Positions 9,984-19,692 of a stretch of 64,000 nt of DNA are shown piece after piece. The translations under genes and the position numbers were made by a program. Below the pieces are notes generated by a model. The model was not told the DNA's origin. It ran no database searches and worked only from the letters and a program-made list of their open reading frames with translations. This DNA is from Bacteroidaceae bacterium (GTDB lineage Bacteria > Bacteroidota > Bacteroidia > Bacteroidales > Bacteroidaceae). Location of the stretch: contig JAFZZI010000004.1 of assembly GCA_017615835.1 (NCBI GenBank), positions 249,546 through 313,545 on the forward strand, written 5' to 3'. The number at the start of each line of letters is the position of its first letter. The first letter of the stretch is position 1.

Positions 9984-11858
9984 TTATTTGATGCCAAGCT
10001 TGTTGTTGAAGTCTTTAAGAGTCTCGAGTACGTTGCAGCGTATATGTACATAATTCTCAATGCCGACGGCCTTAAGATCCTCCATGCATGCCGGTGCTCC
10101 GGCAATAACGAAAACAGCACTGTCGCCGACTGCCTTGAATGCAGCCGGACCGTATTCGGCATACTCGTCATCGCTTGAGCAGAGCACTACGATGTCGGCA
10201 CCTGCCTTGCGGGCGGCTTCTGCACCATCCTCTACGGTCTTGAACCCCAGATTGTCAATAATCTCATAGCCTGCACAGCCGAAGAAATTGCCGGAGAACT
10301 GGGCGCGCGCCTGGCGCATCGCAAGGTTGCCTATGGTGAGCATGAAAACCTTCGGACGCTTTCCACTGGCTTCAGTGGCGAGTCTGAGCTCCTCAAACTG
10401 CGAAGCAAGACGTGAGCCGTCGAGTGTGGCGATTGTCTTGTTCTCTTCTCCCTTGCAGCAGCCGCAGCACTTTGGCGCACGGCCTTCCGATACCTCCTTG
10501 ATGTTGGGGAACTGGTTGGTGCCGAGCAGCGATTCCTTGCGCTTTGCTGCTGCTTCATGGCGTGCAGCGTTGGTAGCATTGACAGATTCCTGCACCTTGC
10601 CGGCCTTTATCAGGGCCATCATGCCGCCCTCATCTTCAACGCTCAGGAAAAGTTTCCAGGCTTGTTCGGCCAATGCTTCAGTGAGATTCTCAACATAGTA
10701 GGAACCACCGGCCGGGTCGATGACCTTGTCGAAATGCGACTCTTCCTTCAACAGAAGCTGCTGGTTGCGTGCCAGACGCTCTGAGAAATCGTCGGGCTTG
10801 TCGTAAGCGGCGTTGAACGGAGTGACCGTGATTGAGTCAACCCCGGCGATTGCTGCGCTCATGGCCTCTGTCTCCGAACGGAGCAGGTTTACGTACGGAT
10901 CAAACAGAGTCTGGTTGTACCTTGATGTCGTCGCGTTTATCCTCATCTTGCAGGCGCAACGGCAGATACCGTCGCAAGGCTTGTCGCTGCAGTGGCATTC
11001 AGGTTTATATGCCTCAACTATTTTAGCCCACAGCATGCGGGCGGCACGGAACTTTGCAATCTCCATGAAATAGTTGGAACTTACGCTGAAGTTGAACTGT
11101 ATTCTCTTTGCAATTACGTCTGCAGCCGCACCGGCCTCGGTCAGAGAACGCAGATACTCGTTGCCCCATGCCAAGGCATATCCCAGTTCCTGATAGCAGT
11201 ATGCTCCTGAATCGGAAAGCGAGCCAGCCGAGACGGTAAGGAACCTGAATCCCTTGAGCGGAGCCAGAGTCTCCATAATCTTCAGAGCAAGGCTGAGGTC
11301 CTTTTCTACCCCCTTTCTCAGCATGAATCCCATCGGGTCGTAGCTGATTGAACCGCGCAACTTGTCAAGGTCGTATCCGTTTCCCTTGAAGTAGCTTACT
11401 AGTTCCTGGGCCAAAGTCAGAGATTCCTCGGGCGATGTACTGAAATTCAACTCTACACAGTCGGCGCAAATGCCCTGAAGCAGTTGCTTCAGTCCGTCAG
11501 CCGACGGAATGCCCTTGCAGCAGCAGAAACTGAGCGAGTCAACGCCTTTGTTCAGGATGTCCAGAGCCTTTGCGTTGGCGGCTTTCACATCCTTTGCGCT
11601 GATTTTCTGACGCACAAACCAACTGTTGTCTGTCTTTGTGCCTCGCTTGTAGGGAAATTCTCCCGGTTTGGTTGTGGTGTCGAGTCCCTGAAGGTCTTCT
11701 TCGCGGTAAAAAGGCTGCACCTTGAATCCTTCGTTTGTCCTCCAGACGAGTTTCTTCTCAAAATCTGCACCCTTCAGATCAACCGTGATCTTCTCCATCC
11801 ACTCTTCAGTGGACACAGGTGGAAACTCTGAGAAGAGTTTTTCTTTGTTGTTTGCCAT
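9984..11858 (-). CDS. mutA: methylmalonyl-CoA mutase, small (beta) subunit
   Basis: 624 aa, starting 2 nt after... upstream of mutB in the same operon. MCM-like TIM-barrel similarity ([45 protein letters not shown]) but the C-terminal domain lacks the DxHxxG cobalamin ligand. Confidence 0.9.
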   Translation of the reverse strand: MANNKEKLFSEFPPVSTEEWMEKITVDLKGADFEKKLVWRTNEGFKVQPFYREEDLQGLDTTTKPGEFPYKRGTKTDNSWFVRQKISAKDVKAANAKALDILNKGVDSLSFCCCKGIPSADGLKQLLQGICADCVELNFSTSPEESLTLAQELVSYFKGNGYDLDKLRGSISYDPMGFMLRKGVEKDLSLALKIMETLAPLKGFRFLTVSAGSLSDSGAYCYQELGYALAWGNEYLRSLTEAGAAADVIAKRIQFNFSVSSNYFMEIAKFRAARMLWAKIVEAYKPECHCSDKPCDGICRCACKMRINATTSRYNQTLFDPYVNLLRSETEAMSAAIAGVDSITVTPFNAAYDKPDDFSERLARNQQLLLKEESHFDKVIDPAGGSYYVENLTEALAEQAWKLFLSVEDEGGMMALIKAGKVQESVNATNAARHEAAAKRKESLLGTNQFPNIKEVSEGRAPKCCGCCKGEENKTIATLDGSRLASQFEELRLATEASGKRPKVFMLTIGNLAMRQARAQFSGNFFGCAGYEIIDNLGFKTVEDGAEAARKAGADIVVLCSSDDEYAEYGPAAFKAVGDSAVFVIAGAPACMEDLKAVGIENYVHIRCNVLETLKDFNNKLGIK

Positions 11859-11908
11859 AAACTGTTGATTGTAGTTTTCGTTGAAGTGAGTCTTGATTAA
11901 TTATTATG

Positions 11909-11916
11909 CAAATATA
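11909..11916 (-). promoter_or_regulatory. -7 box TATATTTG (minus strand) for mutA-mutB
   Basis: Plus strand CAAATATA, about 50 nt upstream of the ATG at 11858. Confidence 0.35.
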
Positions 11917-12014
11917 ATGCAAGCGGACAGAAGAAAAAAGAACTTGTTCATTTTTTATTCGGAGGTGTAACTTATCCGATTCTGTAATGCCTGCCTTATC
12001 CTCTGTTCCTTCTC

Positions 12015-13553
12015 TTACCTGAAAATATTCATCCGCTCATCATATACCGGACTGCCTATTCCAAGGAAGTGCAGCACGCTGTGGAAAACATTGTACTGAC
12101 TCAGCATGTCAGCAGGCTTCAACTGTTGAGTGCTGTCGGATGTCCAGACTATGAACGGAATCTCGTACTGCTCTTTCGGCGCTATCGACATTGGTACTCC
12201 GTGCATATACAGGTTGTTTTCGCCCAGCGATTCACCATGGTCTGATACAAACATCATGCAGCTTTCCCAGCCGTCTAACTCCTTTAAATCCCCGATGATT
12301 CTGTCAAGCAGCCAGTCGGTATAGACTATCGTGTTGTCGTAGGCATTTATCAGTTCGTCGATGGGAGCCTTCGACATTTCGACAGTATTGCACACTGGGC
12401 TGAAAACCTCGAATTCGGGTGGATATTTCTTGTTGTATGATGGTCCGTGGCTGGTGCTGGTATGCAGAATCAGCAAAACCTTGTTGTTGCCGCTCTCTGT
12501 AACTGCCTCCTTCAGCCCTTCGGTCAGCAGTCCGTCAAAGCCGCTCTGCGCGTCAGGGTACATGACCTGAAGTTCAGGTTCCTCAAAGAACTTACGGATG
12601 TGAAGCGGAGGCTGTCCCCAATTGCTCGAACGCCATATCACGTCAACTCCGTTACGGTAGAGGTAGTTAGGCAGGATTTCGTACAGCATGTCTGTCTCGG
12701 TGTAGTCGAGCATGGCCTTAACTCCTGCCGTGGTATAGGTGGCACTTGAGTTTGCCTTGAACACCGTCAGGTTCGGTACCTTTGAAAGAAGCGGGTTTGT
12801 GTCGCGTTCGTAACCATACAGGGAGAAGTGGTCCCTGCGGGCCGATTCGCCGATTACCAGAACCAGCACATCCTTATCGTCATTCAGAATTGTGGCATCC
12901 GGCAGCAGAATCTCTTCACGATTCTTCTCTTTTTCGGCACTATAGTATCTGAATGTGTTTACCACGTATGACCATGGCAGTATCAGGCTTCCCAGCACTG
13001 TCGAGTTTTTGTCAATCCACATCCAGTTGGGCATATTGGCGAACACCGCCACTAAAACCGTCAGCAGTGACAGTCCTATGCTTTTCAGAAAACGCTTTAT
13101 CTTTCCGTAGTCTGTCTTCGCAAGCCATATCAGCACAATGGGAATTGCACCGGTCAGAAGGATGTATAGCAGAGCCGAGAACGACCAGTAACTTGTAGCT
13201 TCGGCGTAATTGGTGTTGAATACGTTGCCCATCATGCTGTCGTCTATCATGATGTCGTAGGTGTTGATGAAATAGAGTCCGATTGCATTCCCGATGAAGA
13301 GGAACGAAATCAGTAACTTGCCCACAATACGGCCGATGTACAGGAGCAGATAGTAGAAGAGGTAGTTGCCGGCAAGCAGAATCACTCCCAGGCTAAGCAG
13401 TATCATTTTGCCGTTGAAGCCGGGTTCTACCTGTCCGGCGGCATGTCTGAAGAATGGCAGATGGAACAGCAGCATGGTCAGTACGCTGAGCAATGCTGCA
13501 ACAATGCCGATTCTGACCTTCTTTCCGGCCGGATTCCTGTTGTTTCTTTTCAT
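12015..13553 (-). CDS. phosphoethanolamine transferase, EptA family (N-terminal TM domain plus sulfatase-fold domain)
   Basis: VLVIGESARRDHFSLYGYERDTNPLL, VSDHGESLGENNLYMHGVPMSIAPKEQYEIPFIVWTS, and 5 N-terminal TM helices. The start MKRNNRN forms an ATGA overlap (13550-13553) with the upstream gene's stop. Confidence 0.9.
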   Translation of the reverse strand: MKRNNRNPAGKKVRIGIVAALLSVLTMLLFHLPFFRHAAGQVEPGFNGKMILLSLGVILLAGNYLFYYLLLYIGRIVGKLLISFLFIGNAIGLYFINTYDIMIDDSMMGNVFNTNYAEATSYWSFSALLYILLTGAIPIVLIWLAKTDYGKIKRFLKSIGLSLLTVLVAVFANMPNWMWIDKNSTVLGSLILPWSYVVNTFRYYSAEKEKNREEILLPDATILNDDKDVLVLVIGESARRDHFSLYGYERDTNPLLSKVPNLTVFKANSSATYTTAGVKAMLDYTETDMLYEILPNYLYRNGVDVIWRSSNWGQPPLHIRKFFEEPELQVMYPDAQSGFDGLLTEGLKEAVTESGNNKVLLILHTSTSHGPSYNKKYPPEFEVFSPVCNTVEMSKAPIDELINAYDNTIVYTDWLLDRIIGDLKELDGWESCMMFVSDHGESLGENNLYMHGVPMSIAPKEQYEIPFIVWTSDSTQQLKPADMLSQYNVFHSVLHFLGIGSPVYDERMNIFR

Positions 13554-14761
13554 TGCTTTCCTGATTTTACCCTGTGCCTGCACATCTTTACGAACAGCCA
13601 TACCCAGAAGAATGCCAACAACAGTACTGCCATGTTGAAAAGCACTGTCAGCGGCCAGTTCACTTTGTGCTCCTTTGGTTCGTAAGGAGTGTCAGCCTTG
13701 GCGGCATCATATCTGGCAAACGGGTTGGTGTAGATGATTGTTCCATCTTCATAGTGTGCCTGGAACCTTATGTATGGTTCTTCGGCCCCCATGACGTACA
13801 GTATTGTGTCTGCGTTCTCATGCAGGGCCTTAAGCGAGTGGTCCTGACCGTAAATCTTTACCTGGGCAGGCCTTGACAGACACAAATAAACTGTGTCGCC
13901 CCTTAACCCTATGTCGTCTATCCGGGGTAGCCCGGCATTCTTACTGCGCTTGATGTTCCAGTTGCCGTTGCCGAAGTCAGGTACCCTCATGCTATAGTAT
14001 GTACCTTCGAGCAGTTTCTGTCTGATTGCCTCGTAGGTGTCATTGCCGATGTTCAGCCAATTGCATCTTATGGCGAAAAGGTCGGAACGGTCCGGTTTGT
14101 GAAGGTCGTCATTCGCCAGACCGAAAGTATAGTATCCGGAACTCAGCGACCAATCCCAATAGTCCTGCTCGGTGCTCACCCCAGAGTCCAGTTCGGTAAT
14201 GCGGTAGCCTGACAGGTTCTCCATGATGCGTCTTGTGGTGAAATTGGTCCTGAAAGGATGGTTCAGCTGTATGAAGTCAGACTGACGTCCCAAAACGTCC
14301 ATCTGCCATTGTCTCTGAGATGCCAGGAACGGCAGGAAATTGTCGAAGTACCATACTTTCTTGCAGCCGAACACAAGTTTGTGATACTTGAAAAGACTGT
14401 ACCCGTGTTCATACACATTGACCTGAAGCCTTGGATCGGTAGGGTGGGTCGTTATTTCGTTGTGGTTCGAGAATGTCACGATGTAGTAGCCGAAGTCGCG
14501 ATAATAGCGGAGTACCTCGTCGGGCCAGTAGTCGCATTCGTTGAACCATCCCTTTACTTTTGTGTGGGTGTGGAAGTTGGCCCTCTTCCATCCGAGTGTG
14601 GTGTCGAGGTTGGAGTATGGATTGAAAATGTTTGGCCCTTCAAAAGGTTTCGGCTTCTCGAAGTCATATATGGGCGATACGCTGAACAGTGAAAAAAGTG
14701 TGAATGCCGTAAGCAGAATACCTGCGATGAATTTTAAAGCCAGTATGATGAAACGCTTCAT
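13550..14761 (-). CDS. membrane-anchored PHP-like (CehA/polymerase-histidinol-phosphatase fold) putative phosphoesterase
   Basis: N- and C-terminal TM helices. His-rich metal motifs NFHTHTK, FSNHNE, QLNHP and ANDDLH fit a PHP-type fold. The assignment is motif-level only. Confidence 0.55.
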   Translation of the reverse strand: MKRFIILALKFIAGILLTAFTLFSLFSVSPIYDFEKPKPFEGPNIFNPYSNLDTTLGWKRANFHTHTKVKGWFNECDYWPDEVLRYYRDFGYYIVTFSNHNEITTHPTDPRLQVNVYEHGYSLFKYHKLVFGCKKVWYFDNFLPFLASQRQWQMDVLGRQSDFIQLNHPFRTNFTTRRIMENLSGYRITELDSGVSTEQDYWDWSLSSGYYTFGLANDDLHKPDRSDLFAIRCNWLNIGNDTYEAIRQKLLEGTYYSMRVPDFGNGNWNIKRSKNAGLPRIDDIGLRGDTVYLCLSRPAQVKIYGQDHSLKALHENADTILYVMGAEEPYIRFQAHYEDGTIIYTNPFARYDAAKADTPYEPKEHKVNWPLTVLFNMAVLLLAFFWVWLFVKMCRHRVKSGKQ

Positions 14762-14798
14762 TTTCAGAAATAATAATATCCCTAAAAACAGGATTTTG

Positions 14799-14806
14799 CA
14801 AAGGTA
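14799..14806 (-). promoter_or_regulatory. -7 box TACCTTTG (minus strand) for the PHP-eptA operon
   Basis: Plus strand CAAAGGTA, 38 nt upstream of the ATG at 14761. Confidence 0.35.
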
Positions 14807-14842
14807 GCCAATTTTTTACGTCAAAACAGGAGTCGTGGTATG

Positions 14843-14867
14843 AAAAAAGCGGCCCGTGAAGGCCGCT
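14843..14867 (-). terminator. intrinsic terminator of the 14889-15350 gene
   Basis: Perfect GCGGCC / GGCCGC stem with a 6-nt loop. On the minus strand it is followed by TTTTTT (plus-strand A43-A48). Confidence 0.7.
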
Positions 14868-14888
14868 CTTCCATACTTGCAAAGCCGG

Positions 14889-15350
14889 TTATCTCGGACC
14901 GCCGCCCATCTGGCCGCCGCCGAAGCCGCCGCCGAAGCCACCACCGCCCTGCTGCATACGCTGACGGCGCTCTTCCTGAGCCTTCTGATACTTCTTGTAC
15001 TGTTCGTCGGTCAGGATTGACTTGATTTTCTTTTCGGTAGCCTCACGTCTTGCCTGCATCTGCTGCATCATCTCATCGTTAGGCTGGCCCATCTGAGGCT
15101 GTTCACCGCTCTCCATCATTTTCTGCATGCGCTCCTGCTGCTCCTTCTGCTGGGCAGTGTAGAATGAAAGCAGGGAGTCCTTCTGAGCCTTTGTCAAGTC
15201 AAGACCTTCACCGATGCGGTCAACCTGACGCTGAGCCATTTCAGCAGGATCCATGTTACCGAAACCGCCGCCCATAGGGCCGCCGAAACCCTGAGCAAAA
15301 CCGAAGGCTGAAACCATCAGTGCTGCTACTGCAAAGAATAACTTCTTCAT
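14889..15350 (-). CDS. secreted LTXXQ-motif protein (Spy/CpxP-like, DUF4890-like) with Gly-rich termini
   Basis: Signal peptide MKKLFFAVAALMVSAFGFAQ. Two LTxxQ motifs (LTKAQKDSL, LTDEQYKKY). GGGFG repeats at both mature ends. Confidence 0.65.
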   Translation of the reverse strand: MKKLFFAVAALMVSAFGFAQGFGGPMGGGFGNMDPAEMAQRQVDRIGEGLDLTKAQKDSLLSFYTAQQKEQQERMQKMMESGEQPQMGQPNDEMMQQMQARREATEKKIKSILTDEQYKKYQKAQEERRQRMQQGGGGFGGGFGGGQMGGGPR

Positions 15351-15522
15351 TTTTTTTCTTTTTTTGTTTGTTATTGAATTATTAAAAGCATTCCATTTTC
15401 GGGATACCTGCTATTTGACCACATATACACAAAAAGGTTTAATCACCGTCGGAACCTGAGTTTTTCAAAAGGTAGAGACAGGCTGCTTTCTGTAATCATC
15501 ATCGGTCAGGCGAGATGCTCTG

Positions 15523-16041
15523 TCAGTCGAGGATAGTGCAATGTCGGCTGCTGTCGCGCAGTTCGATGACTTCGAGATCGCGGATTCTGTTCTGGTCGAT
15601 GTTGAAGCGGACCAGGGTTCTGACTGTCTGCCAGCCTTGCAGGCCCGATGCACCGGGATTTATGTACATCATGTCCATGGATGTGTCGTACTGGACCTTC
15701 AGGATGTGCGAATGTCCGCAGACAAAAAGGTCGGGGGTGTCCATCGAGAGTTGTAGGCGGATGCTCGGGTCATAGTGGCCGGGCGTGCCGCCTATATGGG
15801 TCATGAGTACGCGGGTTCTTTCTATTTCGAAGCGGATGGTTTCATGGTAGTCAAGACGTATGTTGCGGCCGTCACAGTTGCCGCAGACAGCGCGGAGAGG
15901 TGCAATTTCCTGCAGACGTCGGGCAACCGCGGCATTGCCTATGTCACCGGCATGCCATATCTCGTCGCAGCTTGAGAAATATGTCGCAAAACGGTCGTCC
16001 CAACAACTGTGGGTGTCGGAAAGCAGTCCTATGTGTTTCAT
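15523..16041 (-). CDS. YfcE/MJ0936-family metallophosphoesterase
   Basis: MKHIGLLSDTHS, WHAGDIG, VCGNCD and VCGHSH motifs. The ATG at 16039-16041 overlaps the upstream TGA by 1 nt. Confidence 0.85.
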   Translation of the reverse strand: MKHIGLLSDTHSCWDDRFATYFSSCDEIWHAGDIGNAAVARRLQEIAPLRAVCGNCDGRNIRLDYHETIRFEIERTRVLMTHIGGTPGHYDPSIRLQLSMDTPDLFVCGHSHILKVQYDTSMDMMYINPGASGLQGWQTVRTLVRFNIDQNRIRDLEVIELRDSSRHCTILD

Positions 16042-16661
16042 CACTCAATGTGCAGTTTACGCCTGGCGACATCGAGAATAATCTCGGTGCACCTTTCTGT
16101 GCCGAATACTGATGTGCTGAGACACAGGTCGTATGTCTGGGCGTCTCCCCACTTCCACCCGGTGAAGTAGTTGAAGTAGGCGGCACGTTTGCGGTCGGCG
16201 TCTTCAATGAGGCTTCTGGCTTGGTTCTCTGTGCAGCCGTCGTTCTGGCAGATTCGGGCAATACGGTCCTCGGCAGTTGCTGAAAGGAATACATTGAGAG
16301 TACGGTCGCTGTCGCGAAGGATGTAGCCGGCGCAGCGTCCTATGAAGATACAGTCTTCTTTGCTATGTATGTTGCGTATGACATCGCTCTGCATCTTGAA
16401 TATTGACTCATTACTCATGTAGTTGTCAGTGTAGCCTACTGAAAGCAGGTGCGACAGGACAAGGGGACGCAGACGCCGACGAGAAGTCTCCTCATCTGCC
16501 TTGACGAAGAATTCCTCGCTGAAGCCGGTATCGTCCGAGGCGCTTTTCAGAAGTTTCTTGTCATAATAGTTAATGTGCAGTTCATCTGCCAGCATCTTTG
16601 CCACGATGCGTCCGCCGCTGCCTATCTGGCGGCCGATGTTGATGGTGTAATGGGCGTCCAT
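16041..16661 (-). CDS. cytidylate-kinase-like family protein (P-loop NMP-kinase fold)
   Basis: INIGRQIGSGGRIVAKMLADELHINYYDKKLL is the N-terminal signature of the cytidylate kinase-like family. Confidence 0.75.
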   Translation of the reverse strand: MDAHYTINIGRQIGSGGRIVAKMLADELHINYYDKKLLKSASDDTGFSEEFFVKADEETSRRRLRPLVLSHLLSVGYTDNYMSNESIFKMQSDVIRNIHSKEDCIFIGRCAGYILRDSDRTLNVFLSATAEDRIARICQNDGCTENQARSLIEDADRKRAAYFNYFTGWKWGDAQTYDLCLSTSVFGTERCTEIILDVARRKLHIE

Positions 16662-16667
16662 ATATAA

Positions 16668-18029
16668 TCAGTTGACTTGAGGGGTTGTTTTATGGAATTT
16701 TCGCATCTGAGTGTATAACAGAACTGCTGCGAGTAACACAGACAGGGCATCGCTGAGGGGCAGGCTGTACCATACTCCGTCAATGCCCATGTGCTTGGGT
16801 AATATAAGAAGGCATGGAATCAGGATAATCAGCTGACGCGAGAGCGACATGAGTATTGACTTGCCTGGCATGCCTATGCTCTGGAAAAAGTTGCCGGTAA
16901 CCATCTGGAAACCAATGAGAGGAAAGACCAGAAAATTGATGTGCATGCCGTTGACGGCTATTTCGGTCAGCTGAGGGTCTTTAGTAAAGATCCGGACGCA
17001 GGGTACAGACAGGAACTCGCCGACTGTGAATCCGACACTCATTACTATGGTAGCGAACACGATTGAGATACGCAGCACCTTTGTAACACGGTCATACTTG
17101 CGGGCTCCATAGTTGTATCCGGCTATGGGCTGCATTGCCTGGTTGATTCCCATGGTTATCATGATAAAGACAAAACTTATGCTGTTGACTATGCTGAATG
17201 CACCGATAGCCAGGTCGCCGCCCTGGGTCAACAGGCTGCGGTTTATGATCAGTACAACCAGACAGGATGCCGCGTTCATAAGGCAGGGCGAAAGGCCGAT
17301 TGTCAGCATGTTCCGTACCAAGTCCACGCGAAGTCTGAATGTACCCCTCTTGAGGTGTATCAGTTCGTTCTTGTCGGAGAGCTGTACGCACTGCCATGCA
17401 AAGGCTGAAACCTGTGATATGACTGTGGCAACGGCAGCTCCGCGGATACCCCAATGAAAGACCATGATGAATAGGTAGTCGAGAAGTGTGTTCAGCAGGA
17501 CTGTGCCGATTGTGGCGTACATTGCCTTCTTGGGATGGCCGGCTGAGCGTAATATGCAGTTGATGCCGAAATACAGGTGAGTGAAGGCGTTACCCAGAAG
17601 AATGATGGCCATGTAGTCACGGGCATAGCCTATGGTTATCTCGGTGGCACCGAAGAGAGTAAGTATGGGGTTAATGAAGATGAGTCCCAAAATACCGAAC
17701 AGCAGACCTACTATAACATTGAGAGTTACTGAGTTGCCGAACAGTATCTGGGCACTGTCGTTATCACGCTGTCCCAGCTTGAGCGATATCATGGTTGCAG
17801 AGCCTACGCCTACCATCGATCCGACTGCGGCGGAGAGATTCATCAGGGGGAATGTGACGGCCAGTCCTGACAGTGCCAGTGCGTCAACTCCGTGTCCGAT
17901 AAAGGCGCGGTCAACAATATTGTAAAGTGATGAAGCTACCATTGCGGTGATTGCAGGCAGTGCATATCGCAGAAGAAGCGAGCCTATCCTTTCAGTACCC
18001 AGTTCGGTGGGTGTCCTAAGTTCTGCCAT
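16668..18029 (-). CDS. MATE-family efflux transporter
   Basis: MAELRTPTELGTERIGSLLLRYALPAITAMVASSLYNIVDRAFIGHGV and 12 predicted TM segments. Start is set at Met12 because a -7 box lies inside the longer ORF. Confidence 0.9.
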   Translation of the reverse strand: MAELRTPTELGTERIGSLLLRYALPAITAMVASSLYNIVDRAFIGHGVDALALSGLAVTFPLMNLSAAVGSMVGVGSATMISLKLGQRDNDSAQILFGNSVTLNVIVGLLFGILGLIFINPILTLFGATEITIGYARDYMAIILLGNAFTHLYFGINCILRSAGHPKKAMYATIGTVLLNTLLDYLFIMVFHWGIRGAAVATVISQVSAFAWQCVQLSDKNELIHLKRGTFRLRVDLVRNMLTIGLSPCLMNAASCLVVLIINRSLLTQGGDLAIGAFSIVNSISFVFIMITMGINQAMQPIAGYNYGARKYDRVTKVLRISIVFATIVMSVGFTVGEFLSVPCVRIFTKDPQLTEIAVNGMHINFLVFPLIGFQMVTGNFFQSIGMPGKSILMSLSRQLIILIPCLLILPKHMGIDGVWYSLPLSDALSVLLAAVLLYTQMRKFHKTTPQVN

Positions 18030-18049
18030 TGTGTAGAATTGTTTGAGTG

Positions 18050-18057
18050 CAAAAATA
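18050..18057 (-). promoter_or_regulatory. -7 box TATTTTTG (minus strand) for the MATE operon
   Basis: Plus strand CAAAAATA, 21 nt upstream of the ATG at 18029. Confidence 0.35.
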
Positions 18058-18102
18058 GGCATTTTCAGGGCTGTTTGTCTTCTGCGGAAAGCAGATTTAA
18101 TG

Positions 18103-18110
18103 TATTTTTG
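18103..18110 (+). promoter_or_regulatory. -7 box TATTTTTG for xseA-xseB
   Basis: Exact TAnnTTTG upstream of both candidate xseA starts (18152 and 18182). Confidence 0.35.
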
Positions 18111-18181
18111 CTAGTCGGAACACGATTGAACTTCCGTTAGTCCCAAGGTGGATGAACGGACGTTCCTGTTGGAGGGAATGT

Positions 18182-19507
18182 ATGGATGCGCTTACTCTTT
18201 ACGAACTGAACAATCTTGTCAAGGAGGTGCTTGACACGAATCTCAACCATCCATTCTGGGTGGTGGGTGAGATTTTATCGTGTCAGACCAATGCTTCAGG
18301 CCATTGTTACATGGAACTGGTGCAGAAAGACCAGTCCGGAGGAGGTATCATGGCTCGCGCGAAGGCTAATATCTGGCGTGGAACATTTGCCAGACTTAAA
18401 CCATACTTTGAGAGGGAGACCGGGCAGAAACTTGCGGCAGGTTTGAATGTTCTGCTTGAGGTGAACGTCAACTTCCATGAGTCATACGGTTATTCGCTGG
18501 TTGTGAGTGATATTGACCCTACGTACACAATGGGGGACATGGCCCGTCGCCGCAGGGAAATACTGGCCCGACTCCAGCGCGATGGCGTGATTGATCTGAA
18601 CAAGGATTTGTCCATGCCGGTTTTGCCTCAGAGAGTAGCAGTGGTGTCGTCGGCAACGGCTGCCGGTTATGGCGATTTCTGCAACCAACTGATGCACAAC
18701 CCATATGGCTTCAGATTCGAAATTACGCTATTTCCTGCAATGATGCAGGGTGACATGGTGGAAGAGAGCGTGATAGCAGCGTTGGACAGAATTGCTGCCG
18801 ACAGGGATAGATTCGATGTGACAGTAATAATCCGTGGGGGCGGCTCGACAAGCGACCTGAGTTGTTTCGACTCGTATGAACTGGCAATCAATGTAGCCAA
18901 CTTTCCATTGCCCGTTATTACCGGAATAGGGCACGAGCGTGACGATACTGTGATAGATGTTGTGGCCCACACAAGGGTGAAGACTCCGACGGCAGCAGCA
19001 GGCTTGCTTGTCTCCAGGATGTTCGAAACGTCTTCATATCTTGACAGACTAAGCGGACGACTTGCCGATTGTGTCGGAGCAAGGATGGAGGAGGAGAGGC
19101 ACCGTATAGCGTTGTTGTCACAGAAACTCCCTTCGTTGTTTTCAATTCTGAAACTGCGACGCGAGCAGATGCTTCAGGGACTGATGGAACGTGCTCTCGG
19201 TTCTGCAGGACGTAACATTGCAGGGCAGCAATACCGATGCGATAAACTTTCTCTCAGACTTTGTAACGCTACGAGTGGCTGGCTTGCACATCAGCAACAT
19301 CGCCTTGAACTGTTGGAAGGCAGGATTGAAGCTGCGTCTCCCGAGCGAATTCTGCGTCAGGGCTATTCAATGGTATTTGTTGGCGGGCATGTTGCAGGAA
19401 GTGTGAAGGGTGTAAAGCCGGGTGATTCCATTTCAGTGAAATTTTCCGATGGCTATGCTCGGGGAACTGTGGACAATGTAGAATCAGATAAGGATCAGAT
19501 AGTATGA
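18182..19507 (+). CDS. xseA: exodeoxyribonuclease VII large subunit
   Basis: MDALTLYELNNLVKEVLDTNLNHPFWVVGEILS (OB-fold N-terminus), VAVVSSATAAGYGDF, IIRGGGSTSDL and ITGIGHERD. Confidence 0.93.
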   Translation: MDALTLYELNNLVKEVLDTNLNHPFWVVGEILSCQTNASGHCYMELVQKDQSGGGIMARAKANIWRGTFARLKPYFERETGQKLAAGLNVLLEVNVNFHESYGYSLVVSDIDPTYTMGDMARRRREILARLQRDGVIDLNKDLSMPVLPQRVAVVSSATAAGYGDFCNQLMHNPYGFRFEITLFPAMMQGDMVEESVIAALDRIAADRDRFDVTVIIRGGGSTSDLSCFDSYELAINVANFPLPVITGIGHERDDTVIDVVAHTRVKTPTAAAGLLVSRMFETSSYLDRLSGRLADCVGARMEEERHRIALLSQKLPSLFSILKLRREQMLQGLMERALGSAGRNIAGQQYRCDKLSLRLCNATSGWLAHQQHRLELLEGRIEAASPERILRQGYSMVFVGGHVAGSVKGVKPGDSISVKFSDGYARGTVDNVESDKDQIV

Positions 19508-19692
19508 AGTACGAGGAAGCGATGAAGAGGCTGGAGCAGATAGTCCAGGATATTGAGGAGAACAAACTTGACATAGACCTTGTCAGCGAACGGCTGAAGG
19601 AGGCTCAGGAACTGGTTAAGTTCTGTAAGGAAAGATTGTACCAGACAGATCAGGAGATACAGAAACTTCTTGCAGACCAGCAGGAAAATTAA
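19504..19692 (+). CDS. xseB: exodeoxyribonuclease VII small subunit
   Basis: 62 aa: MKYEEAMKRLEQIVQDIEENKLDIDLVSERLKEAQELVKFCKERL. ATGA overlap with xseA. Confidence 0.9.
   Translation: MKYEEAMKRLEQIVQDIEENKLDIDLVSERLKEAQELVKFCKERLYQTDQEIQKLLADQQEN

Noticed and set aside
11859-12014. Possible cobalamin riboswitch upstream of the B12-dependent mutase genes.
   Set aside because: The spacer is only 156 nt including the promoter. I could not find a B12-box-like core or the expected GC-rich paired regions. Mutase genes are not typical riboswitch targets.
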